NCBI RefSeq assembly: GCF_030144855.1
Contig: NC_082727.1
Coordinates: forward strand, 41,044,001 to 41,108,000
Source of the DNA: Hypanus sabinus
Lineage: Eukaryota
Direction of reading: 5' to 3'
DNA length: 64,000 nt
The notes under the pieces are model-generated. The model did no database searches. It saw only the letters and a list, made by a program, of their open reading frames with translations, and had not been told where the DNA came from. Below, piece after piece: positions 1 through 11,720 of the stretch; the stretch's first letter is position 1, and each line of letters opens with the position of its first letter. The translations under genes were made by a program, and so were the position numbers.

Positions 1-54
1 AAAATATATCGTTAGTGGAGAATTTCAGACATTTCTTTTATTCAGATTATGAGA

Positions 55-1290
55 TTATGTCATTGCTGGTAGGGCCTGCGTAAATTGTCATTTTTTAATT
101 GATTTTTGTAAAGATGATGATGAGGAACCATGGAACTTCGTGGTTCTCTTTTGTTAATTGTTGCATCGGGAGTTCCAGGTCTTTAACCTATCGTGAGGGA
201 ACTCTGATATATTTCTAACTGGGGATTGTGTTTGACATCGAGAATCTGCGTGGCATTATACCCTTGCCTTTTGTGGCTTGTAGATTTTGCCTTTGTGAAG
301 CACTTGTCAGCTCATGCATCAGCATTGTACAGATCTTGTTGCGCGTAAGCATGGATTACTTCATTTCTGCGGAATTACCTGTGGATCTGAACATGATTTC
401 TATTTCTGTGCTAATGAGATTTTTAAAAAAAAGGTGAAATGATTGGGCTTTTAACACTACCCTAAGGAACTCTATTGTGTGCGTTATGATAGAGCATTTT
501 CCTCTCGATTCCCACTGACTTCAGTTTTCCCCGACGACTTTGACACCACGCTCAAATGCCGGCTTGAAGTAATGCATGGTCCCCTGACCTCGCTTTCATA
601 ATTGGGCTGTTAAATACTCTATATATTTGACTATGGCTGAACTGGAGCTGAGTGATCTTGATTTCTTCCAAACTTGGAATTGTTGAGTGAATGAGAGTAG
701 ATTGATCTTGAAGTCAGATTAGTCAGACCAGATGAATCCTTATTTTTTTTGTATAGGATGTATCAGCACAGTTTGCTGTGTTGCTGGGTTGTTGCCATTA
801 CTGCATCTTGGCTGGAGGCATGGCTATATTTATTGCAGAAGTCTTCAGCACTACAAATGTAATGTTGTCCAGTAGTCCAAGATATATATACAGAGAGAGA
901 GAGAGAGAACTGTACAAAAGTCTTAAGCACTGAAGGCCAATGTATGTGATGGTGGCAATCCCGAGGAAAGCTGAGCTTGATTATCCTCTCCGTCATTCTG
1001 GCTGAAGCTGGCTACAAATCTTCAGCCCTGCCTTTGGCAGTTGTGTGCTTTCCCGTTAAATTAAGACTGAGAAGCCTTCTTGGATACTATTTTTCTCATT
1101 AGCTATTACCTGTTTGTTGCCATTGTGATTGTAAAAATGAAATTTTGATATGAGCAGTTGCTTTTGGGGTTGTTTAGTTCTGTATCTGGAATTCTTTTTC
1201 TGATAGTCAGCATACATGCATATCTCAAGATGGAAATGATCATCAATGGCCAATTGATGTGAATATTTCTTTCCTTTTTATAGTCAAGTC
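55..1290 (-). mobile_element. Highly decayed LINE remnant (CR1-like)
   Basis: Patchy similarity to a recalled elasmobranch LINE ORF2 (e.g. 985-1040); no open frame remains. Confidence 0.4.
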
Positions 1291-3112
1291 AGGATGTCAG
1301 CCAGGTTTTATTATGTATAAACCGTGATTGAAACTGGTTTATATGAGGAATTAAAGATGAGATTGGCATTTTATATTTATTTGTGAACTTCCTCATTTTG
1401 ACCTTTTGATGGGATGTGGGTAATTAATGAAGCAGCTTAAAAAGTTTGGCTTTAAAACATTACCTTGAGGAACCTTGAATTTCAGAAACAATTATTGTAG
1501 ACCCTTTCTGGGACAAACAACCAAGGATTATAATGAAGGAGACCAGTATCTTGGCTGAATAGCATGATTTAGTGTGTGTATTTATTCAAGGAATCTGTGA
1601 CATAGTTCTCCCAACATAAGCATGTCTGTATCAGTTAGAGGTGAAATTTTTGAAGCTGTCTACACAAATTGTATTTATTGATTTTGAGTCCACTGTCTAG
1701 TTTAGTGCTAGATAGTTTAAAATGTTTGGTATTATTGAGAGAATTGATGGATCACTTTAGAGGGCATTTGGAAAGCAATCACATTGCTCAAGGTCTGAAG
1801 TCAAAACAGAAATCAGACTGGTTAAATATGAAATAGCTCCTCTCTTTTATTTCTGGAACAAACTAATTGTTTGACACCCCTGTCGTGACTGGAATTTATA
1901 TTAATATAAATGGAGGAAACTCAGAATGCATGGTTTGAATTTTTAACAACAGTGTATTTTCAGCCTCAATGGTTATTTCCAAAAAGCCCATTCAAAAAGT
2001 GTCTTTGAATAACATTGTTTATGGTTTAAATACTACCTTTTAATCTGAAATGAATAAAGTTTCTGATTTTCTTGGATACTTTGCAATTTAGAATTACCGA
2101 TTGTTTTTCCTCAACTTTGAATAAAAGCTTTCCTCACTTAATTATTTTGTGCAACATGACAAACTTCAGGCATATTCATCTAATTCGATTTTGTGATGTT
2201 TTCAGTGTTACTAAAGAGACAATCCTAATGTAATTCTGCTTCATTTATTTTAAGAGGAAATTATAAGTAAGATTACAAAACAACATTTGTGTTGCAATTC
2301 TCTTGTGGTACTGTAGGAGCTGAAGAAATTGGGTAGGTTATAATCAATTGACATTTGTAATATTGATAACAACAATCTGCTTGGAGAATTTGTTATTCAA
2401 GAGATCAGGTAAAGCAAAAGGGATAAAGGAAACTAGCATTGTTTGATGTGATTAGTTGAACATACCCTACAATATGACTTTTGTTAGAGATTTTGAGGTG
2501 AGATGCTATGTGCCATAGAGTCATATCTGGTAGAGCTGCTGTCTTGCATCACCAGCATCCCTGGTCATGTTATCTTGTAACATCTCTTGTGATGTTTGCA
2601 TATTCCATCTGTGACTGTGTGGGATTCTTTTTGGTTGCTGCTATTTCCTCCTGCGTTTCAAGGATGTGGAGGTTGGTAGTTCAGTTGTCCTCTGTAAATT
2701 ACCTTAAGTTTGAGGTGAGTGATAGAATCAAGAGAAATTCATTTAGAATAAAGAGAACATAAAATAATGTCAGGGCAAATGGTTGACACAGACTCAATGT
2801 GCTGAAGGGCCTGTTCCTGTTTATTCAACTCTATCAAAAGAAAGCAAAGCTTCTGTTCCGTTTAGTTTGGTCACATGAATTTTGTGCTTTTAAATAGAAT
2901 TTGAAATCTAACATGGTTACAGGTACATTTCAGGCCATAACTTATAACCTTCAAAATGTCTTCTAATTATATAAATGAGAATAGCTTTAAATGTTTTGCA
3001 CAAATAACTGGAAAAACTGCTGGGTATATATACTGAGCTTTTAGAATATTTTTGAATGTTAGTTGTTTGTTATTTATTGCTTGAAAAATCTCAATTATGT
3101 ACTTGCCAACAG

Positions 3113-3223
3113 CTGTCTGTGAAAGGGTATAATGACAAGCAGCACATAATTCTCAAGAAGATAATAGAGAAGATGGCTACCTTTGAAATTGATGAGAAGC
3201 GATTCGAAATAATCAAAGAAGCA
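3113..3223 (+). CDS. IDE: Insulin-degrading enzyme, exon equivalent to human exon 16 (gene 5' part lies upstream of the window)
   Basis: AG at 3111-3112, GTAAGT at 3224; 111 nt; [37 protein letters not shown], nearly identical to vertebrate IDE. Confidence 0.97.
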
Positions 3224-3355
3224 GTAAGTTGGCATTCATCAACTAACTTGTCGTTATTGTGAACAATCATTTATTTGTAATACTTGTTTTAAAAATTAAA
3301 TTTAAAATGATACAGAACAGCCAAAGAGCAGTATGCATGAGAGATTTACTTAAAG

Positions 3356-3440
3356 CAGGTGTTCCCAAATTTTTATATGCTATGGACTCCCTATCATTAA
3401 CTTGGGGGGGGTGGCTGTGGGCACCAGTTTGGGTACTATC
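3356..3440. mobile_element. Degenerate ~80 bp hAT MITE, same family as 22237-22315
   Basis: Begins CAGGTGTTCCCAA and ends in a decayed TTTGGGTAC terminus; interior resembles the reverse complement of 22237-22315. Confidence 0.55.
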
Positions 3441-4893
3441 TATTCTTTTAGGATGAATTGAAAGGGTAATAGAGCATTTGTGTCATGAAATTTGAATTCA
3501 GCCCAGAGGAAAGGAATGCACAGGAATTAAATATGAGATTCCATTTATTGATAGATCTGCAGTTATTTTATAAGAAATGTGAACTATCTGCAGAAGAGTA
3601 TAATCCATACTAACATCTATGTTTATAAATTGTCAAAGGAAAGTTTAGTCGAAAGCAACTAGGTATATAATGATATACGTAATGAGCGTATTCTAATTTC
3701 TCTTTCGTAAATCAAAGTTGGAATATGCAAAATTTCAGCGCAGAGACCTGCCCAATGGCTGCCTCAAGGTGCTAGAGACTTGGGTTCAATCTCCTATAAA
3801 TATTTTCTATATTATTTTGTAAGTGATACAATAGGCTTCTGTGCACATCAATAGCAAAAGTGCGAATGTACAAAATTGGAGACTCCCTTGTGATTTGGGT
3901 TGTACATGCTGATTGGTTTCAAGAAACAGATGCATAAGCATTCTTTTGTTGTAACACAATAAAGAGACTGTAAATAGGATGAGATAGGAATATATAAAGA
4001 GGTATACTTAATTAAGTGAGTGGAGAAAATATGAGGTCATCTGCTTTGGACCTAAATTGGAAATGAATTTTTGAATAATTAGGAATCGGTGAAGAACAAG
4101 GTTTGTGGGTCGACATAAGGCTGAAAGATCTGTATTGTGTTGTACTGTTGTATGTTCTAAAGATGTCCAGCAGTCTAAGAGCATCAATCATTACAACCTT
4201 AAAAACATTTACCAAAAAAAGATTTTATTGAATGATTTGATCTTTGTTATAATGTGATGGAGCGATGGTAAAGGATGTCAAGCATTTTTTTTAAAAATAT
4301 CGTTTTGTTGGGCCTATATTTCTGAGAATCACATCTTACAATATATTAGCATTAGATAATAAGTGGTGCAAATTTACCAAGATGCAAATTGTTTGTGATT
4401 TTTAACTTACCCTATTGCATTTATTGTGGAATTCAGCTTCATCTGCAATTGTTGTTTTCTTAAATAGAAAAAAACTTCTGATTTTGTCTTGTCAAGTACT
4501 GATCTATGTCCATCTTGCAGACTCAGTAATTTAAAAATATCTGTAAACTGGTTAGATGGAGTTAAGATAAATCAAAGATAATTTGTTTAAATGCTATTCG
4601 AGTATTGTTTAATATTGTAACTTGTTTGATTTTATAACTTTGTGTAGCTATTAAACTCTCTGTACTTCCAAGTTCTAGTGACAGTATAACATGTAGTATC
4701 TGAAAGTATGCTCTACCCCACTTGTACAACATACTGTTTATTTGAACTGTGTTTTCACAATTAATTTTGATAACACAGTATTTCAGGTATGATGTTCTGC
4801 TCAATAAATGAAGACCATATTAAAACTATCTTTAGAGATAGTCAGCAATACTGGGTTGGCTGGGGGTTAGTGACTGTTCTTTATTTCTTTTAG

Positions 4894-5014
4894 TATATGC
4901 GATCTCTGAATAATTTTAGAGCAGAACAGCCTCACCAGCATGCAATGTATTATCTCAGACTGCTAATGACTGAGGTGGCATGGACCAAAGAGGAGCTTAA
5001 GGAAGCGTTGGAAG
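4894..5014 (+). CDS. IDE: IDE exon (human exon 17 equivalent)
   Basis: Polypyrimidine tract + TAG, donor GTAGGT; 121 nt; [40 protein letters not shown] + 1 nt. Confidence 0.97.
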
Positions 5015-5447
5015 GTAGGTTCTTGGTAATGTGAATATTATGCATCAATGAGAAACTAAAGATCAACTTTTGGAATTAAGTTTATTTTAAAGCAGTATTG
5101 TGCAACATAACTAAGGGGTAGCAATAGTAATTATGATTGTATGCTCATCGGGATAAAACACCTACACCCATTGTAGTACACAGGATCTGCATGCAAGGAC
5201 TGTGGCTTTGTGTAATGGGCCAAATTTAGAGTAAAGCTGTACTTTGTTCCAACAACATACCTTAACAGCAATTTCAGAAGCATGCTCCTTGTTGCATTTT
5301 ATGACTTCTCTTTCACTCCATGCCAACACTTGTCACCCCATACCTGTCCACTATTGGATATGCATAAGGTGATCAAATTTCTCAGTGTTGCCTGCTTGCT
5401 GGGGATTTCCAGTCAACTTCTTAAAATCTAATTTTGGGTGAACATCC

Positions 5448-7188
5448 AAAATCAAATGCCTGTTACTTCACTGGTATTTAGGGCAGCAATGAAAGTCCTC
5501 CATGCAAGTGGAACAAGTGCTGACCCTGCCCCTATATGTCCTCCCTCACTGCCATTCAGGGCCCCAAACTATCCTTCCAGGTGAGGCATCACTTCTTCTG
5601 TGAGTCTTTTGGGGTCATCTTCTGTATCTGGAGCTCCTGGTGTGGCCTCCTGTACATCGGTAAGACTTGACGTAGATTGGGAGACTGCTTTGTCAAGCAC
5701 ATACACTCCGTCCGCCAGAAAAAGTGGGATCTCCCAACGGCCATTTCAATTCTGTCAAGTCAGCGCATGGCCTCCTCTACTGCTCCGATAAAGCCACACT
5801 CAGGTTGGAGGAGCAACACCTCCAACCTGATGGCATGAACATCGATTTTTCAAATTTCCCCATCCCCTTTTCCCTCTCTCACCTTATCTTCCTTGCCTGC
5901 CCATCATATCCCTCTGGTGCTCCTCCCGCTTCCCTTTCTTCCATGATCTTCTATGGTCTCCCATCTGATTCCCCCTTCTCCAGTTCTTCATCTCTTTCGT
6001 CTATCAGTTTCCCAGCTCTTTACTTCACCACCCCTCCATTTCACTTATCACTAACTATCTTGTACTTCTTTCTTCCCTCTCACCACCTTCTTAATCTAAA
6101 TTCTCATCTTTTTTTTCCCCAGACCCTTGATGAAGGATCTCAGCCTGAAACGTCGACTGTTTACTCTTTTCCGTAGATGCTGCCTAGCCTGCTGAGTTCC
6201 TCTAGCATTTTGTGTTTGTTCCTCTATCTCTGTCTGTCCTTAGCTACCTTCTCTGTTCTGCTCCAGGTGTGGTTCAGTATCCTCATTTCTGCCTCAGTGG
6301 TATGGCACCAAGTTGGCTTTGGCCTGCTGTGTTTCCTCTGCCCTTCAGGAGTTCAGTGAGCTTGGAGATGGCCTTTCTTCTCATTACAGTCCATCTCCGA
6401 AGTTTCCTCATGATTGTGGCCATATCCTATTGGTGACACTGAAGGAATAGGGCGTGGTTGGAGATCTTTCTTGGCCAGAAAATAAGAAGGATCTTCCAGA
6501 GGCTCATGGTGCGGAATAACGACAGCTTGGCAAGGTGTTCTCTGTTATGCACCAGTGTTCTGACCTGTATAAGAGTGTAGACAGAACACGGCTCTGGTAC
6601 AGCTTCACTTCGGTGTGGACGCTGTACTTGATTAACCTCCATATGTTGAAGCACTTCTCAATGCTTTTCTTCAAAATGATAGTTACACTATCATGATACT
6701 GACCATCTTCCCTTCCTGAGTATAAAACTGTTTCATCATTTGCTGCCTTTAGTCTGCCAGACCCTGTTCATCCTTTTTACTGACACCCAGTATATTTCTG
6801 CAGTTATTTGTGCTAGCTTGCCAATGTTGTACATGGTATGTACATTCCAAAAAACAATTTTGTTCTTGAGCTTGGCATTGAGCTTCTTTTCGTCATGCTG
6901 GTAGCTTCCTCTCAGTTTTCGCTACTGTCATGCAAATCTCGGTTGGAGACTCAGGAATACCGTCACACATGCTCAGAGATTCATTGCTGTTTCCATAACA
7001 AAATTTTTTTAGACCAGTCAGGGCTGTTAGCCCGAACCTGGTGGACCAGTGGAGCACTCTTAGTCTGGCCTTTACCCTTTGACTTGTTTGGCATGAGTGA
7101 CTCTACCAGTAGTCAAAGCACAAAGCCTTGGCTCCAGGCACACAAACCTCAAAATTCTATGGCAAGATTGTGGTCCACTTGGAGGATT
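5448..7188 (-). mobile_element. RTE-clade (Expander/Rex3-like) LINE, internally deleted and split by a Penelope insertion (RTE parts 5448-5504 and 6219-7188)
   Basis: Minus-strand peptide LAKLSLFRTMSLWKILLIFWPRKISNHALF resembles the RTE C-terminal region. 3' tail at 5448-5504; 5'UTR-like segment at ~6990-7188. Confidence 0.75.
5505..6218 (+). mobile_element. Penelope-like element 3' fragment (GIY-YIG remnant + pseudo-LTR tail)
   Basis: Reads GVIFCIWSSWCGLLYIGKT.RRLGDCFVKHI (GIY-YIG), then a pyrimidine-rich spacer and a tail containing a hammerhead-like motif at 6127-6159. Confidence 0.85.
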
Positions 7189-8209
7189 TAATCTTGAGTG
7201 AAGGAGGTGGAATACCAGTCTCGTGCTGTCCTGTTCCTCAGTTATACAGTACCTAACAACAGTTAGAAATCAACGCCATTTCCCCATGTAGACAGCGAAC
7301 ACAAAGGGACTTGTGAACCCCTAATCTGTCTTTAAATTATACGCCTGTCCCAAGGTAAAACACATGAGCAATATTCCAGTGAGCCAGGTCTCTATAAAAT
7401 GAATGCTGATGAGGAAGCTCCTTTTAAGTGAAAAATACATAAGGAAATTAATTGTACTAGGACTTCAGTGCAGCAATATTCCTGACCCTTTAGTGAGGGA
7501 ATATTGTTGATGAAGTAGTTGAGTATGATTTGATCCTGGACCAGCAACCATGGACTTAACCACTTTGACATTCTTGACACCTACAAGTTGGCAGAGGTTA
7601 CTATTTTTGAGTTCTACAGGTAACCAACTAGTTAAATTACCATGTCTTACAATATATTTCTCCAATTGTCATTTTGTGATCCCCATCTGCCCTACAGCAT
7701 ATTATACATTTTTACAGATATTCAAACATAATTTTACTTTTTGATATAGTTTACTATGAGTCTCCGATAAGTTTATGTGCCCTTGAAGCAATACCTAAAT
7801 CAGTAGCTTAAACCATTTAATTTCTGATTAAATAAATCACCATTTATTTAGTTCTGCTTTTGTTTAAGAATTTCAGTACCAATGCCACAGTATTATTACA
7901 GATTTTGTTACTTGTGTTGTTTCTTTCTGTGAGATTCCATAAAATGCTTTTACTTTTGCTGGTTGGGCTTGATGTTCTGTGCTGCCTCTGAATCTGGGTG
8001 AAGTGATGTATGAATCCAATACCATGTGAATAGAAGACAAAAGTCAAGTAAATTTGACTAAAATAAATTCACCTAGATTCACAATATTTACCTATTCTCA
8101 CTTTCCTGGTTGAGCACTTAAGGCGTTCTAGTATGCTACATTAGTACTCTGCAGCAATAATGTAATTTTTTAATAATGCAATTGATTTAATTACTTAATT
8201 CTGTTCTAG

Positions 8210-8301
8210 ATGTTACTCTCCTTCGTCTCAAGGCATTTATACCTCAACTATTATCAAGACTGCACATTGAAGCTCTTCTCCATGGCAATATTACCAAACA
8301 G
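8210..8301 (+). CDS. IDE: IDE exon (human exon 18 equivalent)
   Basis: TTCTAG acceptor, GTTATT donor; 92 nt; (D)[30 protein letters not shown]; phase matches neighbouring exons. Confidence 0.96.
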
Positions 8302-8681
8302 GTTATTCAGTCTCTTGGTCAAGTGTACTAAAAATACAGCTAGTTGTTGCTAAGTTATTAATGCTCTTGGATCTTATAGAAAATGATGTCACTGAAGTTC
8401 ACCAGCTTTTTCATAATTTTGAATATTTGCAGTCTTAAATCAAAAGGCACATTTGCTGAATATTTACTAGCAAGAGAATAGTCCCCGATTAAACAAAATT
8501 TAAATATGCAAGGATAAAATTAATAAAGTTATGCAATTCTTTGGTTTTTTTCAAGAATCTGTAATTTTAGGAATAAATCTTTCACTGAAATTTACTAAAA
8601 TAAAACCTGCACAAACTTGATAATCTCTGCTCTGCAGATTTTGTATTTAATTTAACATTTAATATTCTCTCCTCATTCCAG

Positions 8682-8793
8682 ACTTCTCTGAGTATTATAC
8701 AGATGGTCGAAGACACACTGATTCAGCATGCTCATACTAAGCCTCTTCTTCCAAGTCAACTTACCCGATACAGAGAAGTGCAGCTGCCTGACC
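8682..8793 (+). CDS. IDE: IDE exon (human exon 19 equivalent)
   Basis: TTCCAG acceptor, GTACGT donor; 112 nt; [37 protein letters not shown](R). Confidence 0.96.
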
Positions 8794-9164
8794 GTACGTT
8801 AAACTATTAATCTGTTCATACCTTTTTGCTTGATCATTTGTATGTCCTGAAATTCTCTCCTAAGTTTATTTGTGATAGTCGGATTCAAAATTGCATTGAT
8901 TGCAATGCCTTTAAGGTAGCAGGTTAGGCTTCAGAATAATAATTAAAAGGACTTTTTCAGGATATGGTTTTTTAAATAACCTTGTGCTAGCCACACCAGC
9001 AGAATCATAACCAGCACAATTTCAAGCCAATTTTCATTATTTTATTCATTTTTAATACAGGTAGTAATTATGAAGGTTATACTAAAAACTTCTGTTTGGG
9101 TTACGTGCACTATATTCAGCAATATTTCTTCAAGTAATTTTTGAATTATTGTTTCTTATTCTTT

Positions 9165-9450
9165 CAGGGAGGTGAAGCAGGGGTGGGAACCAGAGCAGTA
9201 GGTCAGTGAGTAGAGAGGTTGAAGAGAAGGTAGAGGTTAGCTCAAAAATCTGAAAGCAAGACTCACCAGGACCAGGTTAATGGTGGGGCTGATGGGCTGG
9301 CATACATTCATTTCAATGTGAGGATTATTACAGGTAAAGCAGACAAACCTAGGGCCTGATTAGTACATTGAACTATGAAGCTGCAGCCATTATGGAGACA
9401 TAGCTGAAGGAAGGGCAGGACTGGCAACTCAACATTCCTGGATTGATTGC
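9165..9450 (+). mobile_element. CR1 LINE fragment (start of ORF2 endonuclease)
   Basis: Degenerate FNVRIITGKAD...AAIMET.LKEGQDWQLNIPG, typical of the CR1 APE N-terminus. Confidence 0.7.
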
Positions 9451-9739
9451 CAAGGGAGAATTGCTTATTTGGGAAAAATTAAATGTTTAAAATTTGAACA
9501 CATGAACATGATAAAGTATCAAATGATGTTTAAAAAGTTAGATTTCTTGTCCATCACTTTTAAGGATGGAAAGACAGACCTTAATTTGCTGTGATGGAAT
9601 CCATTTTGATATGTGTATTCCCCCTGCAAATGTTAAGAAATCTGGATGTGTTAGTTTGAAATTAAGATAGAGCAAAAGGTTATATGACCTCATTGGCCAG
9701 TTTAATGACCTCTGAATGCCCTCATGCACTCTTTTTCCC

Positions 9740-10080
9740 AATGAAGTACTTTTGAAATTTAGTCACTGTAATTATGTAAGCAACATATCAGCAATGTCCC
9801 ACAATTAGCAGTGTGTAATGATCTGATAAAATGTATTAGTGATGTTATTGACTAATTAATATTGACCAGTTAATTGAGGTGACTCCTTTGCCCTTCAGAA
9901 TAGTACCATGAGATCTTTTTTGTCTATGAAAGCCACCGGTAAGACCTTGGATTTAGCACCTCACTGGACATATGACATCTCTGAAACTGAGAGAATGTTG
10001 TACATATGCATCGTCAAGCTAGATTTTTTATTCTGTTTTTGGAGGGGTAATTGAACCAAAACCTATTGACCTGTTGAAAG
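9740..10080 (-). mobile_element. Old Deu-domain SINE (SacSINE1/AmnSINE-like)
   Basis: GAATAGTACCATGAGATCTTTT...GATTTAGCACCTCA matches the recalled Deu-domain core in reverse orientation. Confidence 0.6.
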
Positions 10081-10727
10081 AAATGATAACTTTGTTTAGG
10101 ATAACTAGAGTTTGGAATTAAGTACTTTACCAACCACAAACTGTATGAAGATCTTAGTATTTAAGCCCATGTGATGTTGTTGACTATGTAAATTCAATTT
10201 TGTGCATTAATATGCAAGACTGAGCCAAATGCAGATTATTTTTAAGGCTGTTTCAGAGATCTTAAGACTTCCTACAAAGTAAACAAGACCATCTGAGCTT
10301 ATTTTTGGCTTTTCTAATCTAGTATGTAGAACTATCCTTTTTTTCCTTATGGTTAAACATATTAATAATGTTAAGTGTTTTTGGCGCTAGTGTCTTTTTG
10401 GAAAAACGAAGCTTGCAATTCAATTCTTAGGTTAATGCTAAAAATTCTTTGTATAATTAAGGATGATATAAGTACGATTTCCTTAAAAACGAGCTTTCAG
10501 ATGTTGTTACAAACATAATTGCTCTGTTCTTAAAAGACAGTTTATAAAAGGGAAGTGTTGTATCAGTATGTTGCTAATTAGTGGGACTTGAAAGATTGCT
10601 AATGTAGGTTTGGATTAGGTGTGGGTCTATTCATCAGGGTTGTAATGAAGTAATATGAACTAGGATGCTAAGGGAATAGTCTGCTGACTAACTCCAAGAT
10701 TGCTTTTGTCCTATGCACTGTGTATAG

Positions 10728-10895
10728 GGGGATGGTTTGTGTACCAGCAGAGAAATGAGGTCCACAACAACTGTGGGATTGAAATCTACTACCAGACAGA
10801 CATGCAAAACACCCATGAAAATATGCTGTTGGAGCTTTTCTGTCAAATTATATCAGAGCCATGTTTCAACACACTACGGACCAAAGAACAGTTGG
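10728..10895 (+). CDS. IDE: IDE exon (human exon 20 equivalent)
   Basis: TAG acceptor, GTGAGT donor; 168 nt; [55 protein letters not shown], including the M16[10 protein letters not shown] motif. Confidence 0.97.
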
Positions 10896-11234
10896 GTGAG
10901 TCAAATAACTCAAATATAAGATGAAGCTCAAGACTGGCTCAATGAGCATGATGATAATGTTGTAGGAGTTTATCTGAAAGTTTAAGAACACTTTGCTGTT
11001 AATTTTGAAGCTGAATCCTTCAGTAATATGGAGACTTCATTATATTTTCAGTATGTGAACATATCAGGAGTTTCAAAGTTCAGCTTATGAATGTTTTCTG
11101 CTGTTTTGACATTTATACTTATAATAAATTTTGGTTTATCAGTACTGTTACTAGTGTTGTTATGTTTTCTCTACAAGCCATTTAAAGTTACTGTTCTGCA
11201 GTCAAGGTTTGCTAAGGGTACCAATGATCTTTTT

Positions 11235-11720
11235 GAACACAGTCTCACGTTAATGGTCATCCTCTGTAAGGGGGACTTCTATGAGCAAATGGATGAAATG
11301 GCCATGGGATCACCCTTGTCACTGGCTGTTCCTAATTTCTACATGGAGGGCTTTGAGGAGAGGGCTCTTACACTCCAAATACTTCGGAAATGACAATGAC
11401 ACCTTTGTAGTGTGGCCTCATGGACTCCAGGCACTCCCAACGGTTCCACAACCATCTGAACAGCGTACATTGAAACATTCAATTTACAATGGAGATGGAG
11501 AGGAATGGTTGCCTCCCATTTCTGGACATTTTCATATTACAGAAACTGGAATACGCACAACATTCCTACAGAATGACTACAAGCTGAAGGAAAGTAATTG
11601 GGTTCTTAAAAGGGCTGACACAAAAAGGCCTGGAAACCTAACAATGAGGAGAAACCTGTCGCTACTGCCTGTCTTCCCTTTTTTTCCGTGGATCCTTTCA
11701 AAACAAGATAGTAAGTCAGA
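11235..11720 (+). mobile_element. Penelope-like reverse transcriptase fragment (second family)
   Basis: FYEQMDEMAMGSPLSLAVPNFYMEGFEERAL, DNDTFVVWPHG and IQFTMEMERNGCLPFLD across frameshifts. Confidence 0.85.
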
